Shown piece after piece: positions 20,453 through 36,109 of a stretch of 64,000 bases of DNA. How positions within the stretch are numbered: the first letter of the stretch is position 1; every line of letters starts with the position of its first letter. The stretch is from NCBI GenBank assembly GCA_012103605.1, contig WLWL01000002.1, positions 7,507 through 71,506 of the forward strand, written 5' to 3'. Source of the stretch: Candidatus Nanopelagicales bacterium. Its GTDB lineage: Bacteria > Actinomycetota > Actinomycetes > S36-B12. The position numbers were made by a program, and so were the translations under genes. The notes beneath the pieces are model-generated. The model was not told the origin of the DNA. It was given only the letters and a program-made list of their open reading frames with translations, and searched no databases.

Positions 20453-21560
20453 GAATCATCGCTGCGCTCTCGGGCGGCGTGGATTCTTCCGTCGCTGCGG
20501 CTCGAATGGTGGATCAAGGCCATGACGTGGTGGGCGTCCATCTTGCGCTGGCCCGGTCGGAGTCCACCGGGGGAAAGTCGCGTGGCTGTTGCACTCTCGA
20601 CGATGCACGAGATGCGCGCCGAGTCGCAGACGCACTCGGCATTCCCTTTTATGTCTGGGATTTCTCTGCCGAATTCGCCGAGGAAGTAATGAATGACTTC
20701 CTTGCTGAATACCAAGCCAATCGGACACCGAATCCATGCGTGCGGTGCAACGAGCACATCAAGTTTCGGGCTGTGCTGGACCGAGCCTTGGCGTTGGGCT
20801 TCGACGGAGTCGCCACCGGTCACTACGCCGTGCTCACGTCCGGGGCAGACGGTCCCGAACTGCATCGCGCGGCGGATGCGGACAAGGACCAGTCCTACGT
20901 TCTCGCCGTCATCGAGCAGGACCTCCTGCGGCACTGCTACTTCCCGCTCGGGGGGTCAGTGAAGAGCGATGTGCGAGCGGAGGCTGAAGCGCGGGGCCTA
21001 CGCACGGCCTCGAAGCCGGACAGTCATGACATCTGCTTCATTCCTGACGGTGATACCGCGGGTTTCTTGACCAAGGCACTAGGGGAGAAACCCGGCCCCA
21101 TCGTCGATGTCTCCACCGGCCGTGACGTGGGTAGTCATCAGGGCACTTTTACCGTCACCATCGGCCAGCGTCGTGGTCTGGACCTGCGTATTCCTGGCGA
21201 AGATGGGCGTCCTCGGTACGTCGTCGACATTGATGATTCGACGGACACGGTCTACGTCGGCTCTCCGGAGATGCTCGACGTCGATGGCCTGGTCGCCGAC
21301 CACGTCATCTGGGCAGCCCCGGCCTTGACGGCCGAGTGGTCAAACGTCAGTGCCCAAGTGCGAGCACACCACCACCCGGTGCCGGCCCAGGCGAGGATGC
21401 TCGACGACACCATCGACGTCGTTCTGCTCGAACCCGTACGCGGACTCGCCACGGGACAAACGGTGGTGCTCTATAGCGATTCCCGGGTTCTCGGCTCAGG
21501 AAGAATCAGCCAGACACGCACGGTGAGTGGCGTGAAGCGCCCACGAGAAGCGCAGCGAGC

Positions 21561-21564
<4 letters not shown>
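20449..21564 (+). CDS. mnmA: tRNA 2-thiouridylase
   Basis: SGGVDSS, TPNPCVRCN, ATGHY, KDQSY, KPDSHDICF. Confidence 0.95.
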
Positions 21565-24783
<3,219 letters not shown>

Positions 24784-24787
24784 GGCC

Positions 24788-25084
24788 ATGGCCCACATCA
24801 CCCGCGAACAGGTGCAGCACCTCGCCCACCTGGCCCGCCTGGAGCTGACAGACGAGGAAACCGCGCACTACACCGACCAACTGTCCGCGATCGTCGAAGC
24901 CGTCGAACGTGTCTCGGAAGTAGCTGCGGGCGACATCCCCCCGACCTCGCACCCGGTTCCCATGACCAACGTCTTTCGCGAAGACGTAGCCCGCCCAGGT
25001 TTGGACCGTGCGGATGTGCAGGCCGGGGCGCCCTCGTGGGAAGACGACCGCTTCCGCGTCCCACGCATTCTGGACGAGGACTGA
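24788..25084 (+). CDS. gatC: Asp/Glu-tRNA amidotransferase subunit C
   Basis: [28 protein letters not shown]. Confidence 0.93.
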   Translation: MAHITREQVQHLAHLARLELTDEETAHYTDQLSAIVEAVERVSEVAAGDIPPTSHPVPMTNVFREDVARPGLDRADVQAGAPSWEDDRFRVPRILDED

Positions 25085-25085
25085 C

Positions 25086-26594
25086 ATGTCGGTGACCTCT
25101 GAAGCCGATCTGGTTCGGCAAGATGCCGCCACGCTGAGCAGTGCCCTCAGCGCTGGAGACATTACGTCGGTCGAACTCACCCAGGCCTGCCTGAATCGAA
25201 TCTCGGCGGTCGATGGGACGATCCACGCGTTCTTGCACGTAGATACCGACGCCGCCCTCGCCACCGCGCAGGACGTGGATCGTCGTCGCGCCGCGGGTGA
25301 GGAACTCGGTCGCCTCGCAGGGGTTCCGCTGGCGTTGAAGGATGTGCTGACGATGCGAGGGGTCCCGACCACCTGCGGATCTCGCATCCTGGAGGGTTGG
25401 CGCCCCCCGTATGACTCAACGATCGTCGAACGGTTGCGTGCAGCCGATGTCGTCATTCTCGGCAAGACCAACATGGATGAGTTCGCCATGGGCTCCTCGA
25501 CGGAGCACAGCGGATATGGACCGACCCGCAACCCGTGGGATGTTGAGCGCATTCCCGGGGGATCGGGCGGAGGATCGGCGGCCGCCCTCGCGGCGTTCGA
25601 GGCGCCCCTGGCCATCGGCACCGATACGGGTGGATCGATCCGGCAGCCGGCATCGGTAACCGGCACGGTCGGGGTGAAGCCGACCTATGGGGCGGTGTCT
25701 CGATACGGGCTCGTCGCCCTTGCGTCATCGCTGGACCAGGCGGGTCCGTGCGCCCGGAGTGTCATGGATGCGGCGCTGCTGCACGAGGTGATTGCCGGAT
25801 ACGACCCGCGCGACTCCACATCGATCAATGCGCCGGTCCCCGACGTGGTTGCGGGTGCGGGCAACGGTGACATCCGCGGGATGCGCATCGGGCTCGTCCG
25901 AGAGCTTTCAGGGGAGGGCTACCAGCCGGGTGTGCGAGAAAGCTTCGACAAGGCCGTCGCGATGCTGACGGATTTGGGTGCTGAGGTGGTCGAAGTCTCC
26001 TGTCCCCACTTCGACTACGCCCTCGGCGCTTACTACTTGATCTTGCCGTCGGAAGCATCGAGCAATCTCGCTCGCTTCGATGGCATGCGCTACGGACTTC
26101 GGGCCGGCGATAACGGCGAGGCGTCCGTCGAAGAGGTCATGTCCCGAACACGTGAGGTCGGCTTCGGAGCCGAAGTGAAGCGTCGAATCATGCTGGGGAC
26201 CTACGCGCTGTCGAGCGGGTACTACGACGCCTACTACGGCCAAGCGCAGAAAGTTCGTACGTTGATTTCTCGAGATTTCGCCGCAGCGTTCGAAACGGTG
26301 GATGTGCTCGTTTCGCCGACCACGCCCACCACTGCCTTCACCATCGGTGAGAAAGTCGATGATCCTTTGGCGATGTACCTGAACGACATCGCCACCATCC
26401 CGGTCAACCTCGCCGGCAACTGTGCGATGTCCGTGCCCATCGGCCTGGCTCGCGAGGACGACCTTCCGGTAGGCCTGCAGATCATGGCCCCCGCGCAGAC
26501 AGATGATCGCCTCTATCGGGTGGGTGCCGCTCTCGAACAGGCGCTCCTCGACAAGCGTGGACACGCACTGATCGAGGAGGTGCCTGCGCTATGA
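25086..26594 (+). CDS. gatA: Asp/Glu-tRNA amidotransferase subunit A
   Basis: [46 protein letters not shown]. Confidence 0.96.
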   Translation: MSVTSEADLVRQDAATLSSALSAGDITSVELTQACLNRISAVDGTIHAFLHVDTDAALATAQDVDRRRAAGEELGRLAGVPLALKDVLTMRGVPTTCGSRILEGWRPPYDSTIVERLRAADVVILGKTNMDEFAMGSSTEHSGYGPTRNPWDVERIPGGSGGGSAAALAAFEAPLAIGTDTGGSIRQPASVTGTVGVKPTYGAVSRYGLVALASSLDQAGPCARSVMDAALLHEVIAGYDPRDSTSINAPVPDVVAGAGNGDIRGMRIGLVRELSGEGYQPGVRESFDKAVAMLTDLGAEVVEVSCPHFDYALGAYYLILPSEASSNLARFDGMRYGLRAGDNGEASVEEVMSRTREVGFGAEVKRRIMLGTYALSSGYYDAYYGQAQKVRTLISRDFAAAFETVDVLVSPTTPTTAFTIGEKVDDPLAMYLNDIATIPVNLAGNCAMSVPIGLAREDDLPVGLQIMAPAQTDDRLYRVGAALEQALLDKRGHALIEEVPAL

Positions 26595-28111
26595 GCGCCT
26601 CAGCCATCGAACGGATGAAGTTCGACGACGCGTTGGCTGCGTTCGAGCCGGTACTGGGGCTCGAGACGCACGTGGAATTGGGGACCGCGTCCAAGATGTT
26701 TTGTTCCTGCTCGGCGGAGTTCGGAGGCGAGCCCAACACGCATGTCTGCCCGGTCTGCTTGGGTTTGCCTGGATCGATGCCAGTGGTGAACGCGTCGGCT
26801 ATCGAGTCGACGATCCGAATGGGCCTATCGCTGAACTGCTCGATCGTGTCGTGGTGCCGGTTTGCGCGGAAGAACTATTTCTATCCCGATATGCCGAAGG
26901 ACTATCAGGTGAGCCAATACGACGAGCCCTTGTGCGTCGATGGCTACCTGGACGTCGTCGTCGCCACAGACGATGGTCCGCGCGAATTCCGCGTGGAGAT
27001 CGAACGCGTCCACATGGAAGAAGACACCGGAAAGTTGACACACGCGGGTGGTGACACCGGACGCATCCACGGCGCCGACTACTCCCTGGTCGATTACAAC
27101 CGTGCCGGGATTCCGTTGATCGAGATCGTGACGAAACCGATCGTTGGTGCCGGCGAACTCGCACCGATGGTGGCGCGGGCCTACGTCACCGAGCTGCGTG
27201 ACCTCATGCGAGCACTCGGAGTCTCCGACGTTCGAATGGATCAAGGATCGTTGCGGTGCGATGTGAATGTCTCCCTGGCCCCGTCGGGGGAACCATGGGG
27301 AACGCGATCGGAGACCAAGAACGTCAACTCGCTTCGCAGCGTGGAGCGCGCCGTCCTTTTCGAGATTGAGCGCCAGGCCGCTGTGCTCTCCAGTGGCGGT
27401 CGAGTGGTGCAGGAAACCCGGCATTTCCATGAGGACACCGGTCAGACCACGTCGGGGCGGTCGAAGGAGCACGCCGAGGACTACCGCTACTTCCCCGAAC
27501 CCGATTTGGTTCCGGTGGCACCGACGGCGGACCGGGTCGAGGAACTTCGCGGAACGCTGCCCGAGGTGCCATCGGTGCGGCGCGCCCGACTGCAGGCTCG
27601 GTGGAACATCAGCGACCTCGAAATGCAGACGTTGGTCAACGCCGAGGCACTCGATCTGGTGGAGTCGACCATCGATCAGGGCGTCGATCAGGCGGCGGCC
27701 CGCAAGTGGTGGACCGGAGAGTTCACCCGGATTGCCAACGAGCAAGGAATTGCCTTGACGGACCTTCCGGTGACGGCGGCGCACATCGCCCGGGTCGAGG
27801 AGTTGATCGCCGACGGCAGCTTGACCGACAAGCTCGCGCGTCAGGTGTTCGAAGGCGTGATCGCCGGCGAAGGCGATGTCGACGCCGTTGTTCAGGCCCG
27901 AGGGCTCGTGGTGGTTGGTGATGACTCCACGTTGCTCGCGGCGATCGAGCAAGCCCTGGCCGATCAACCTGATGTTGCCGAGAAGATCCAAGGCGGCAAA
28001 GTTCAGGCTGCGGGTGCGATTGTCGGTGCGGTGATGAAAGCGACGAAAGGTCAGGCCGACGCCGCGAAGGTGCGGACTCTTCTGCTGGAGCATCTCGGAG
28101 TCGATGGCTGA
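26591..28111 (+). CDS. gatB: Asp/Glu-tRNA amidotransferase subunit B
   Basis: [34 protein letters not shown]. Confidence 0.96.
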   Translation: MSASAIERMKFDDALAAFEPVLGLETHVELGTASKMFCSCSAEFGGEPNTHVCPVCLGLPGSMPVVNASAIESTIRMGLSLNCSIVSWCRFARKNYFYPDMPKDYQVSQYDEPLCVDGYLDVVVATDDGPREFRVEIERVHMEEDTGKLTHAGGDTGRIHGADYSLVDYNRAGIPLIEIVTKPIVGAGELAPMVARAYVTELRDLMRALGVSDVRMDQGSLRCDVNVSLAPSGEPWGTRSETKNVNSLRSVERAVLFEIERQAAVLSSGGRVVQETRHFHEDTGQTTSGRSKEHAEDYRYFPEPDLVPVAPTADRVEELRGTLPEVPSVRRARLQARWNISDLEMQTLVNAEALDLVESTIDQGVDQAAARKWWTGEFTRIANEQGIALTDLPVTAAHIARVEELIADGSLTDKLARQVFEGVIAGEGDVDAVVQARGLVVVGDDSTLLAAIEQALADQPDVAEKIQGGKVQAAGAIVGAVMKATKGQADAAKVRTLLLEHLGVDG

Positions 28112-28997
28112 GCCTCTCGTCTTCGCGCCCGACTATCTCCTTCCTGTCGACACGCAGGGGGCGCTCGGGTACCGGGAAGGCCATGAACCCGATGCTGAGG
28201 TTCTCGAGCGCGTGGGGTTTTTCGTTCCTGCCTATATCGAGCACCCGAACGCGCACTGGATGGCGCGCATGCCACGACTCGATGTCGTGCAACTGCCGAC
28301 GGTGGGTTTCGATGCCGTGGTGCCGCAACTGCCGACCGGCGTGACCTTGTGCAACGCGGCGGGAGTTCACGAGCAAAGCACCGCCGAACTTGCTGTCGGC
28401 TCGATCATCGCCGTATGGCGTGGACTCGATCGAGCGGCCCGAGACATGGTCGAGGGGACATGGGGTCATCGGCGGGGTCGCTCGCTGCAAGAGGCGCGCG
28501 TGGTGATCATCGGTGCCGGGGGAGTGGGAACGGCCATTGCGCGCACGCTGGAGCCGTTTCGTTGCGTCACCACCGTGCTGGCTCGTACCCGGCGCCCGGG
28601 CGTTACCCCGATCGCGGATCTTCACGACATCTTGCCCCGTACCGACATTGTGATCCTTGCGGTTCCGCTGACGGATGAGACGGCGGGAATGGTCGACAAT
28701 GATTTCCTGTCGCGACTTCCTGACGGCTCGCTGGTGGTCAATGTCTCGCGCGGATCAGTGGCGGTCACCGAGGACATCCGTCGGCACGCAGGGCGCCTCG
28801 AATTCGCGCTCGATGTAACCGAGCCGGAGCCCTTACCCAAGACCCACCCGCTGTGGTCGACTCCGGGTGTCTTCATCACCCCACACATCGGTGGTGACAC
28901 CGACGCGTTTCCGCGACTGGCGCAGCAGTTGATCGGCGAGCAGGTGGAACGTTGGCGTAACGATCAACCGCTGCGCAACGTGGTGGCTTCCGGCTGA
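28104..28997 (+). CDS. D-isomer-specific 2-hydroxyacid dehydrogenase
   Basis: [28 protein letters not shown]. Confidence 0.9.
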   Translation: MAEPLVFAPDYLLPVDTQGALGYREGHEPDAEVLERVGFFVPAYIEHPNAHWMARMPRLDVVQLPTVGFDAVVPQLPTGVTLCNAAGVHEQSTAELAVGSIIAVWRGLDRAARDMVEGTWGHRRGRSLQEARVVIIGAGGVGTAIARTLEPFRCVTTVLARTRRPGVTPIADLHDILPRTDIVILAVPLTDETAGMVDNDFLSRLPDGSLVVNVSRGSVAVTEDIRRHAGRLEFALDVTEPEPLPKTHPLWSTPGVFITPHIGGDTDAFPRLAQQLIGEQVERWRNDQPLRNVVASG

Positions 28998-29020
28998 ATT
29001 CTGCGGACTAGGGTTCGGTT

Positions 29021-30709
29021 ATGCCAGACATCAAACCCCGCAGTCGCCAGGTAACCGATGGGCTCGAACGGGCTGCAGCCCGTGGCATGTTGCGTGCGGT
29101 CGGTATGGGCGATGAAGACTTCGCCAAGCCGCAGGTGGCCATCGCATCGAGCTGGAATGAAATTACGCCCTGCAACCTGTCGCTGGAGCGACTGGCGACA
29201 TCAGCCAAGGAGGGCGTCCACGCCGCCGGTGGCTACCCATTGGAATTCGGAACCATCTCGGTCTCCGACGGCATCTCTATGGGGCATGAGGGCATGCATT
29301 TCTCGCTGGTCAGTCGCGAGATCATCGCGGACTCGGTCGAGGCGGTTGTCGAAGCGGAAAGGCTCGACGGCATGGTCACGTTCGCCGGCTGCGATAAGTC
29401 GCTGCCGGGCATGCTGATGGCGTCGGCTCGGCTCGACGTGTCGTCGGTGTTCGTGTATGCCGGCTCCATCCTTCCCGGCCACGTGAAACTGAGCGACGGT
29501 ACGGAGAAGGACGTCACCATCATCGACGCATTCGAAGCCGTGGGTGCGTGCGCGCGAGGCTTGATGTCTCGAGAAGACGTCGATCGAATCGAGCGAGCCA
29601 TTTGTCCTGGTGAAGGTGCCTGCGGCGGCATGTACACCGCTAACACGATGGCGAGTGCCGCCGAAGCGATGGGAATGTCGCTGCCCGGGTCAGCCGCTCC
29701 GCCTGCCGTCGATCGCCGTAGAGACACGTACGCACGCAAGAGTGGTGAGGCCGTGGTCGAGTTGCTCCGCCTCGGCATCACCGCGCGCGACATCATCACG
29801 CGGCAATCTCTGGAGAACGCCATCGCGGTGATCATGGCCTTCGGTGGCTCGACCAATGCGGTTCTGCATCTGTTGGCGATCGCCCATGAAGCCAAGGTCG
29901 ACCTGCACATCGAAGACTTCCACCGCATCGGCTCGAAGGTGCCGCTGCTCGCGGACGTCAAGCCCTTCGGTCGGTACGTGATGAGCGATGTGGATCGTGT
30001 GGGCGGCGTTCCGGTGGTGATGCGCGGCCTGCTCGATGCGGGTCTGCTGCACGGCGACTGCCTCACCGTCACGGGCAAGACGGTTGCCGAGAATCTGGCA
30101 GACATTGATCCGCCGGATCCGGACGGAACGATTCTGAAAGCGTCGAACGATGCGATCGCTCCGACAGGCGGCATCACGATCCTGTCGGGCTCGCTGGCTC
30201 CCGAGGGTGCGGTCGTGAAGAACGCGGGGGTAGCGGTGGAGGTGTTCGAGGGAACCGCGAGGGTATTCGAGCGTGAGCAGGCAGCCATGGATGCGCTCGA
30301 GGACGGCACCATTCAGGCTGGTGACGTCGTCGTTATTCGATACGAAGGCCCCAAGGGTGGTCCAGGTATGCGCGAGATGCTGATGATCACTGGAGCCATC
30401 AAGGGTGCGGGCTTGGGTAAGGACGTGCTATTGATCACCGATGGGCGCTTCTCTGGTGGCACGACGGGTTTGTGTGTCGGTCACGTCTCCCCAGAGGCTG
30501 TCGACGGTGGCCCCATCGGGCTGCTGCGTGACGGTGATCGCATCATGATCGATATCCCGAACAGGAAGCTCGACGTTCTCGTTGATCCGGCAGAGTTTGA
30601 CGCCCGGCGCGAAGCATTCACTCCCCTCCCGCCTCGGTACGAGCGCGGAGTTCTCGCCAAATACGCCAAGCTGGTGGCCAGTGCGTCGAACGGTGCGGTG
30701 ACCGGATAG
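29021..30709 (+). CDS. ilvD: dihydroxy-acid dehydratase (canonical copy)
   Basis: [48 protein letters not shown]; TAGGGT lies 6 nt upstream of the ATG (leaderless). Confidence 0.95.
   Translation: MPDIKPRSRQVTDGLERAAARGMLRAVGMGDEDFAKPQVAIASSWNEITPCNLSLERLATSAKEGVHAAGGYPLEFGTISVSDGISMGHEGMHFSLVSREIIADSVEAVVEAERLDGMVTFAGCDKSLPGMLMASARLDVSSVFVYAGSILPGHVKLSDGTEKDVTIIDAFEAVGACARGLMSREDVDRIERAICPGEGACGGMYTANTMASAAEAMGMSLPGSAAPPAVDRRRDTYARKSGEAVVELLRLGITARDIITRQSLENAIAVIMAFGGSTNAVLHLLAIAHEAKVDLHIEDFHRIGSKVPLLADVKPFGRYVMSDVDRVGGVPVVMRGLLDAGLLHGDCLTVTGKTVAENLADIDPPDPDGTILKASNDAIAPTGGITILSGSLAPEGAVVKNAGVAVEVFEGTARVFEREQAAMDALEDGTIQAGDVVVIRYEGPKGGPGMREMLMITGAIKGAGLGKDVLLITDGRFSGGTTGLCVGHVSPEAVDGGPIGLLRDGDRIMIDIPNRKLDVLVDPAEFDARREAFTPLPPRYERGVLAKYAKLVASASNGAVTG
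30272..30595 (+). repeat. near-identical tract shared with 37438-37761 (ilvD paralogues)
   Basis: By-eye alignment gives about 18 mismatches in 324 nt, only one changing an amino acid. Confidence 0.85.
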
Positions 30710-30768
30710 TTCCTGCACGATCGGGAAGGTCGACGTCCATCCACCGCACAACCACAGAAGGAATCGGA

Positions 30769-31611
30769 ATGAAGCTTGCGAGAATCGGGGCGCGGGGTAG
30801 CGAAGTACCGGCGGTCCTCGGTCGGGACGGGGTTTATCGAGACGTGTCGAGTGTGGTGTCTGATTTCACGCCCGAATTCTTCGCCGGTGACGGCATCGAG
30901 CGCTTGCGATCGAGTGATCTATCCGGGCTCTCGGCGGTGAAGGGCCGGATCGGTGCGCCGATCGCCAAGCCGAGCCTGATCTTGTGTGTCGGCCTGAACT
31001 ACGTCGATCACGCGAACGAGTCGAGCATGAAGGTCCCTGAGGAACCGATTCTGTTTACCAAGGCACCCAACTGCCTGGTCGGGCCGTATGACGATGTTCT
31101 AACTCCCCGTGGAGCCACCACGGTCGACTACGAAGTGGAATTGGCGGTGGTGATCGGACGCCGATGTCGATACCTCGACTCGCCTGAGCAGGCAATGGAC
31201 CACCTCGCTGGTTTCACTATCGCGAACGACGTGTCCGAACGAACGTTCCAGCTCGAGCGCGGTGGCGGTCAGTGGATCAAGGGCAAGTCCTGCGAGACCT
31301 TCAACCCGTGCGGCCCGTATCTGGCGACCACCGACGAGGTCGATCTCGACGGTGGACTCGACCTGTGGCTCGACGTGAACGGGGAACGGCGCCAGACAGG
31401 ATCGACTCACGACATGATCTTCGACATCGCGACGGTCATCCATCACGTCAGTCAGTTCATGGTGCTCGAACCGGGCGATGTGGTGAACACGGGGACTCCA
31501 CCCGGGGTTGCGATGGGAATGGCCGAACCGGGCTATCTGTCTCCCGGAGACGTGATGACGCTGGGAATCACCGGCCTGGGTGAACAGCGTCAGGAAGTTG
31601 CGTCGGCGTAG
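30769..31611 (+). CDS. fumarylacetoacetate hydrolase (FAH) family protein
   Basis: CVGLNYVDH, DYEVELAVVIG, ANDVSER, GKSCETFNP, TGTPPGV. Confidence 0.92.
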   Translation: MKLARIGARGSEVPAVLGRDGVYRDVSSVVSDFTPEFFAGDGIERLRSSDLSGLSAVKGRIGAPIAKPSLILCVGLNYVDHANESSMKVPEEPILFTKAPNCLVGPYDDVLTPRGATTVDYEVELAVVIGRRCRYLDSPEQAMDHLAGFTIANDVSERTFQLERGGGQWIKGKSCETFNPCGPYLATTDEVDLDGGLDLWLDVNGERRQTGSTHDMIFDIATVIHHVSQFMVLEPGDVVNTGTPPGVAMGMAEPGYLSPGDVMTLGITGLGEQRQEVASA

Positions 31612-32411
31612 GAGTCCCAATCACCACCGGAGAGGATTCCGCCCTCGACCACGATGGATTGACCGGTGATGTAGCTCGATGCGGGTGTTGCCAGGAAGAC
31701 GACCGCACCGACCAATTCATCTGCCTGAGCCAGCCGCCCTATCGGCGTGGTGTCGGCGAACCACCGGGCACGGTGCTCTTCTCCCCATAGCGGTTTGGTG
31801 AACTCGGTTTGCACGACAGCCGGCTCGATGCAGTTCACGCGAATTCCGTCGGCTACCCACTCGCGAGCAAAGCTGCGTGTCATGCCCGACACGGCGGCCT
31901 TGGTCGCGGCATAGACCGAGATGGTGTTGAAGCTGTAGCGCGCGCTGAGGGAGGAAAGATTGACGATCGCTCCGTGGGGAGATGCGGCGAGATGCGGGTG
32001 TGCGGCTTGGCTCAGCAGGTAGACCGCCCGCATATTGACCGCGGTAATCGCATCGAAGTCGTCGACCGTCACCTCGACGATGGGCTTACGGCGATTGATC
32101 CCGGCCCCGTTGACGAGAACGTCCAGGCCTCCCATGGCAGCCGCGGCCGCCTCAATGAGCCCCGCGCATTGATCCGGCTCGGCAATGTCCGCGGCGAACG
32201 TTAACGCCGAGCCACCACCGTCGTTGATCTCGGCGGCCAAGGCAGCGACCTTGGTTTCAGAGATGTCGTGCAACGCCACGGTGGCCCCGAGATCGGCGAA
32301 GGCCCGTGCGAGCACCGTTCCGATGGCGCCACCGGCCCCGGTCAACAGAATGCGCATGCCGTCCATGCGGAAGAGGTCGGCGGTGGCAGGAAGGGAGGGC
32401 GCGGGCTTCAT
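31590..32411 (-). CDS. SDR oxidoreductase (sugar-acid dehydrogenase-like)
   Basis: TGAGGAIG, NGAG, YAATK, GIRVNCI. Confidence 0.9.
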   Translation of the reverse strand: MKPAPSLPATADLFRMDGMRILLTGAGGAIGTVLARAFADLGATVALHDISETKVAALAAEINDGGGSALTFAADIAEPDQCAGLIEAAAAAMGGLDVLVNGAGINRRKPIVEVTVDDFDAITAVNMRAVYLLSQAAHPHLAASPHGAIVNLSSLSARYSFNTISVYAATKAAVSGMTRSFAREWVADGIRVNCIEPAVVQTEFTKPLWGEEHRARWFADTTPIGRLAQADELVGAVVFLATPASSYITGQSIVVEGGILSGGDWDSYADATS

Positions 32412-32421
32412 CGTGGGCCTT

Positions 32422-34230
32422 TCAGTTGGTGTGTGGGAGATCGAGGATCACCATCGCGGTCGGGGGAATCGTGGTGGGTGGATTGTCGTCGATGCGAACC
32501 ACGCGGGGTTCTTCGCTCCAATTGACGACGAGCGCTCGCTCGTTGGCCCCGTCATCCACGATCAGTGCGTCCGCTTCCTCGGGTGCGGAGGATTGGGCGG
32601 TGTGTGCGCGCGTCATCCCGGCAAGGCCGGCGAAGACATCCCACACCGGGAACCGCTGACCGGGAGTGGAGGGAAAGTTCACCGGATCCGATGAACCCGC
32701 GGCACTTTCGATGATTCCCTTCCACCCAACGGCTTCGAAGTACGTGGCGTGGTTGATGGATCCAGCCTGAGCGAGGTACTTGATGCTCATTGCGGTCCAG
32801 TGTGCCGCGACGTAGGTCATCTGACGGGCGTCGACATTGCTCGGCAGGGGCGTGTTGCTCACGTCGAGAGCGGGTTCGGTGGCATTCGGGTTGAACCGGG
32901 GGCGCAGCGAAATGGGTGACACCGACACGGGTGTCGCTCGGGTAAGTCGGTGTGCGTTGGCGGCGACGACGGACTGGGTCATGGCGTTCTGGATGAGCGT
33001 GCGGGTGTCGAATGCATGGACCTGCGGATTCATCGAGAAGTTAAGAACGCTGACCATCGACGGATCGGGGGGCTCGCGGTTGAGTTCGGTGAAATACAGA
33101 TCCGTCCCGCCACCGAGGGCCACGTCGGAGTACCGCTCGCCGAGGGCTTGTCGTGCGCGCGGGGCCCAGTCGTCGGGTGTGACTTTGTCCTGCTCACTGA
33201 AGACGTACCAGCAATCGATGGCGCCGATCACGTCAACGGGGAGTTCTGCGAAGGCGGCCAGTTCCTCGGGTGCACGGCTGACCGAGGCGATGCGCAGTCG
33301 TGCACCGATGCGGTCTGCGATTGATGCAGCCTCGACAAGGTGCGCCGTCCCCGCGCTTTCCAGTCCCGCGCTATCCGGCCCCGTGCTATCTGGCACGGAA
33401 ACGGCAACGCGCAGGTGGTCGAGCCGCAATGACGCGAGGGCCGCGATGTCGGCGTCGGTGATCGGTGGGGAGTCCGGCGCCCATGACAATCCCAGGCGCG
33501 GAAGGTCCGTGACCTCGCCGGTTCGTCGGATCTCGATGACGTCATCGGCGATGGGGGTAACAGGGGCCGATGGTTGTGGACCGGCGTCGAAGTCGACCAC
33601 GATTTCCTGGTCGATGTCATGACCGGGAACGACCTCGACGGGGAAGGGCAGTGAAATCGGTGTGCAGTAGGTCTTGAAAGACGCATCGGTCCAATTGCGG
33701 TGATCTTCCATCTCGAAGACCTCACCATCGAAGCGAACACGCGCGTGGCCTCCACCGGGGAGCTCGTGGGTGATGGATCGCATGTCCACGAAGGGTTGGT
33801 GCGCGGAGATTTCTGTGGGTAGGTGCGCCTTTGTCGTCGTTCCATCCGTGTGTTCGACAACGACGGCGGAGCCTGCCGCGAGCATCGGGTGTAGGACACA
33901 CATGCCCAGTCGATTTCGCCAGAAGGGCGCCCGTGTGTGGGCGTGGAATCGATAAGAGACTGCCCGATCGGCGATTCGTGCCACCACGGTCCATTCGAGG
34001 GGTTCGGCGTCGAACGAGCCGGTGCCGTGGGCGGTGAACTCAATTGCGCCGTCGATCTCGGTGAGCTCGATGTCACCGATGGTGAAGAGTCGATTCGTCC
34101 AGTTGCGGTCCTGGAAGACCGGATAGATACGCCGGATCGCTTCGTGGCCGTGCCAACGAATGTCGCGCAGATCCGCCCCGTCGATGGTGACGGTGACGTC
34201 GCCGACTCGAACGGTCTGCGTTGGTGTCAC
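32422..34230 (-). CDS. apnL: D-apionolactonase-like protein
   Basis: About 600 aa; DLRDIRWHGHEAIRRIY..DRNW, NRLGMCVLHP, FEMEDHRNWTDASFKTY, GGGTDLYFTELNR, NPQVHAFD, DARQ. These motifs match my recollection of ApnL; coupled to an apsD-like gene. Confidence 0.75.
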   Translation of the reverse strand: MTPTQTVRVGDVTVTIDGADLRDIRWHGHEAIRRIYPVFQDRNWTNRLFTIGDIELTEIDGAIEFTAHGTGSFDAEPLEWTVVARIADRAVSYRFHAHTRAPFWRNRLGMCVLHPMLAAGSAVVVEHTDGTTTKAHLPTEISAHQPFVDMRSITHELPGGGHARVRFDGEVFEMEDHRNWTDASFKTYCTPISLPFPVEVVPGHDIDQEIVVDFDAGPQPSAPVTPIADDVIEIRRTGEVTDLPRLGLSWAPDSPPITDADIAALASLRLDHLRVAVSVPDSTGPDSAGLESAGTAHLVEAASIADRIGARLRIASVSRAPEELAAFAELPVDVIGAIDCWYVFSEQDKVTPDDWAPRARQALGERYSDVALGGGTDLYFTELNREPPDPSMVSVLNFSMNPQVHAFDTRTLIQNAMTQSVVAANAHRLTRATPVSVSPISLRPRFNPNATEPALDVSNTPLPSNVDARQMTYVAAHWTAMSIKYLAQAGSINHATYFEAVGWKGIIESAAGSSDPVNFPSTPGQRFPVWDVFAGLAGMTRAHTAQSSAPEEADALIVDDGANERALVVNWSEEPRVVRIDDNPPTTIPPTAMVILDLPHTN

Positions 34231-35255
34231 AGCATGCTTCCGACCCGGTACGGCTCCCCGGAGTCGAGGGACTGGTAGGCGCCGAGGGTGAGGTCGAGAA
34301 CCCGAAGGGTGTCGGCACCGCTGGTTTCCGGGGTCTGGCCGGTTTCAAGGCAGTGGATCCAGTGGTGCTGAACGTTCACCACGCTGTCTTGAATGCAGTT
34401 CCACGGCTCAGATGCCCACGAATGCTCGGGGATGACGAGCTGTTCTTCGTGGACTCCAGCGGGGGAGACCACCTGCAGGTGGTAGTCCGGACCCAAGGTG
34501 ACGGTCCCGTCGGTACCTTCGATGGTCACGAACGTTTGCGGGTACGTGCTGTGATCAGAGGAGGATTCGTAACTCGTATCAACGATGCACGTGGCGCCAG
34601 GAAGGCCGAGAACGATGGTGGCCACGTCCTCGCCCTTGATCTTCGGGTTGACCCTGATGGCTTCGCTGAACAGGCGGTCGGGCTCGCCGAGGAAGAAGCG
34701 AGTGAGGTCGAACTGATGAACCGACACATCCGCGATGATCATGCGTTCGGCATCCATGCACCATGGCTGCGCGGAGTAGACATCGTGGGCGGTGCGAAAA
34801 CTGATGCGGCCGAAGAATGGTCGACCGATGCCCCCGCTATCGAGGACCTCTTTGACCTTGCGCATCGGATATTGGAATCGAAAATTCTCGTGGACCATGA
34901 ACGGGAGATCCGCATCGGCCATGGCGCGAACCATCGCCTGGGCATCATCCATGTCCCAGGCGAGTGGCTTTTGGCAAATGGCGGCCACTCGGTGCTGTGC
35001 GGCGAGTTCGACCATCATGCGGTGCGTCGGCGGGGTGGTGGCGATGTCGACGAAGTCGAGTTCTTCCTTGGCGAATAGTTCAGCGGCGTCGGTGTACGGG
35101 GTCCCGCCGAACGTTTCGGCCGCGGCCGCGGCGCTGTCGGGATTAATGTCGCAGGTGGCGACGAGTTCGACGTCGGGCATCTCGGCCCACGCCTGCAGGT
35201 GGTTTTGAGCGAAGAAGCCACAGCCGATCAGAGCGAAACGATAGGGACGGCTCAC
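34227..35255 (-). CDS. apsD: Gfo/Idh/MocA oxidoreductase, D-apiose dehydrogenase-like
   Basis: ALIGCGFFAQNH, DFVDIAT, ICQKP, MVHENFRFQ, GRPFFGRISFRT..DVYSAQP, IKGEDVATI, IQDSV. Confidence 0.75.
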   Translation of the reverse strand: MSRPYRFALIGCGFFAQNHLQAWAEMPDVELVATCDINPDSAAAAAETFGGTPYTDAAELFAKEELDFVDIATTPPTHRMMVELAAQHRVAAICQKPLAWDMDDAQAMVRAMADADLPFMVHENFRFQYPMRKVKEVLDSGGIGRPFFGRISFRTAHDVYSAQPWCMDAERMIIADVSVHQFDLTRFFLGEPDRLFSEAIRVNPKIKGEDVATIVLGLPGATCIVDTSYESSSDHSTYPQTFVTIEGTDGTVTLGPDYHLQVVSPAGVHEEQLVIPEHSWASEPWNCIQDSVVNVQHHWIHCLETGQTPETSGADTLRVLDLTLGAYQSLDSGEPYRVGSML

Positions 35256-36109
35256 AACTCCACCTCACGGCCCGGGTCGACGATCCATTCACTCCACGAT
35301 CCGACGTACATGCGGGCTCCCGGCAATCCCGCGTGCTCCATGGCGAGGACGTTTTGAGCGGCCGTGACCCCGGAACCGCAGTAGAAGATGATGTCGTCTG
35401 CGTCCTGACCGTTGCGGAGGGCGTCGTAGTGAACTCGCAGATCCTCAGGGCTCCGGAAAGTGCCGTCGTCGTCGAGTGTCTCGGCTCGATCGGCCAGGCC
35501 CGCTCCCTTGATATGCCCGCGGACGGGGTCGTAGTACTTGCCTTGCCCGTGGTAGCCCTCCGGTCCTCGAGAGTCGAAGACGCGTGTGGGCGTATCGACG
35601 CGAACGCGGTCGACTTCGTCGACCTCGGCCAGCAGATGAGGACGCACCGACGCGACAAAGGTCTGCTCCGGCGCGGGGGGTGAGGTCGCCTCAGACGTCA
35701 TCGAGTAGCCGGCACCTTCCCAGGCCGGCAGGCCGCCATCGAGAACAGCCACCGCGTCGTGACCGATCCAACGCATCATCAGCCACACACGAGATGCCGC
35801 CATCAACCCGCGATCGGCGTCGTAGACGACTACCTGAGTGGACGGTCCGATGCCCCAGGATCGAACAGTGCGCTCGAAGTCTGCGGACGCGGGAAAGGGC
35901 CGACGGCCGGTAACGCCCTCGATGATCGGACCGCTCAGGTCGGTCGCCAGGCTGGCTCGCTGAGCTCCGGGAATATGTGACTCGGCGAACGCCCGATCCC
36001 CCCAGTCTTCGTCGTCGAGATGGAAGCGGGCATCGAGGATGACCACGTCGGTCTCGGCGCGACACAGGTGATCAAGTTCGGATGCGGTGATTAACGTCTG
36101 GAATGACAC
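35252..36109 (-). CDS. 3-mercaptopyruvate sulfurtransferase/rhodanese (SseA-like)
   Basis: HIPGA, VLDGG, GHIKGA, YCGSGVTA, YVGSWSEW. Confidence 0.9.
   Translation of the reverse strand: MSFQTLITASELDHLCRAETDVVILDARFHLDDEDWGDRAFAESHIPGAQRASLATDLSGPIIEGVTGRRPFPASADFERTVRSWGIGPSTQVVVYDADRGLMAASRVWLMMRWIGHDAVAVLDGGLPAWEGAGYSMTSEATSPPAPEQTFVASVRPHLLAEVDEVDRVRVDTPTRVFDSRGPEGYHGQGKYYDPVRGHIKGAGLADRAETLDDDGTFRSPEDLRVHYDALRNGQDADDIIFYCGSGVTAAQNVLAMEHAGLPGARMYVGSWSEWIVDPGREVEL

Noticed and set aside
28104-28997. 2-hydroxyacid dehydrogenase as part of the apiose pathway
   Set aside because: It overlaps gatB and is separated from ilvD by ilvD's own promoter, so it more likely belongs to the core gat operon.
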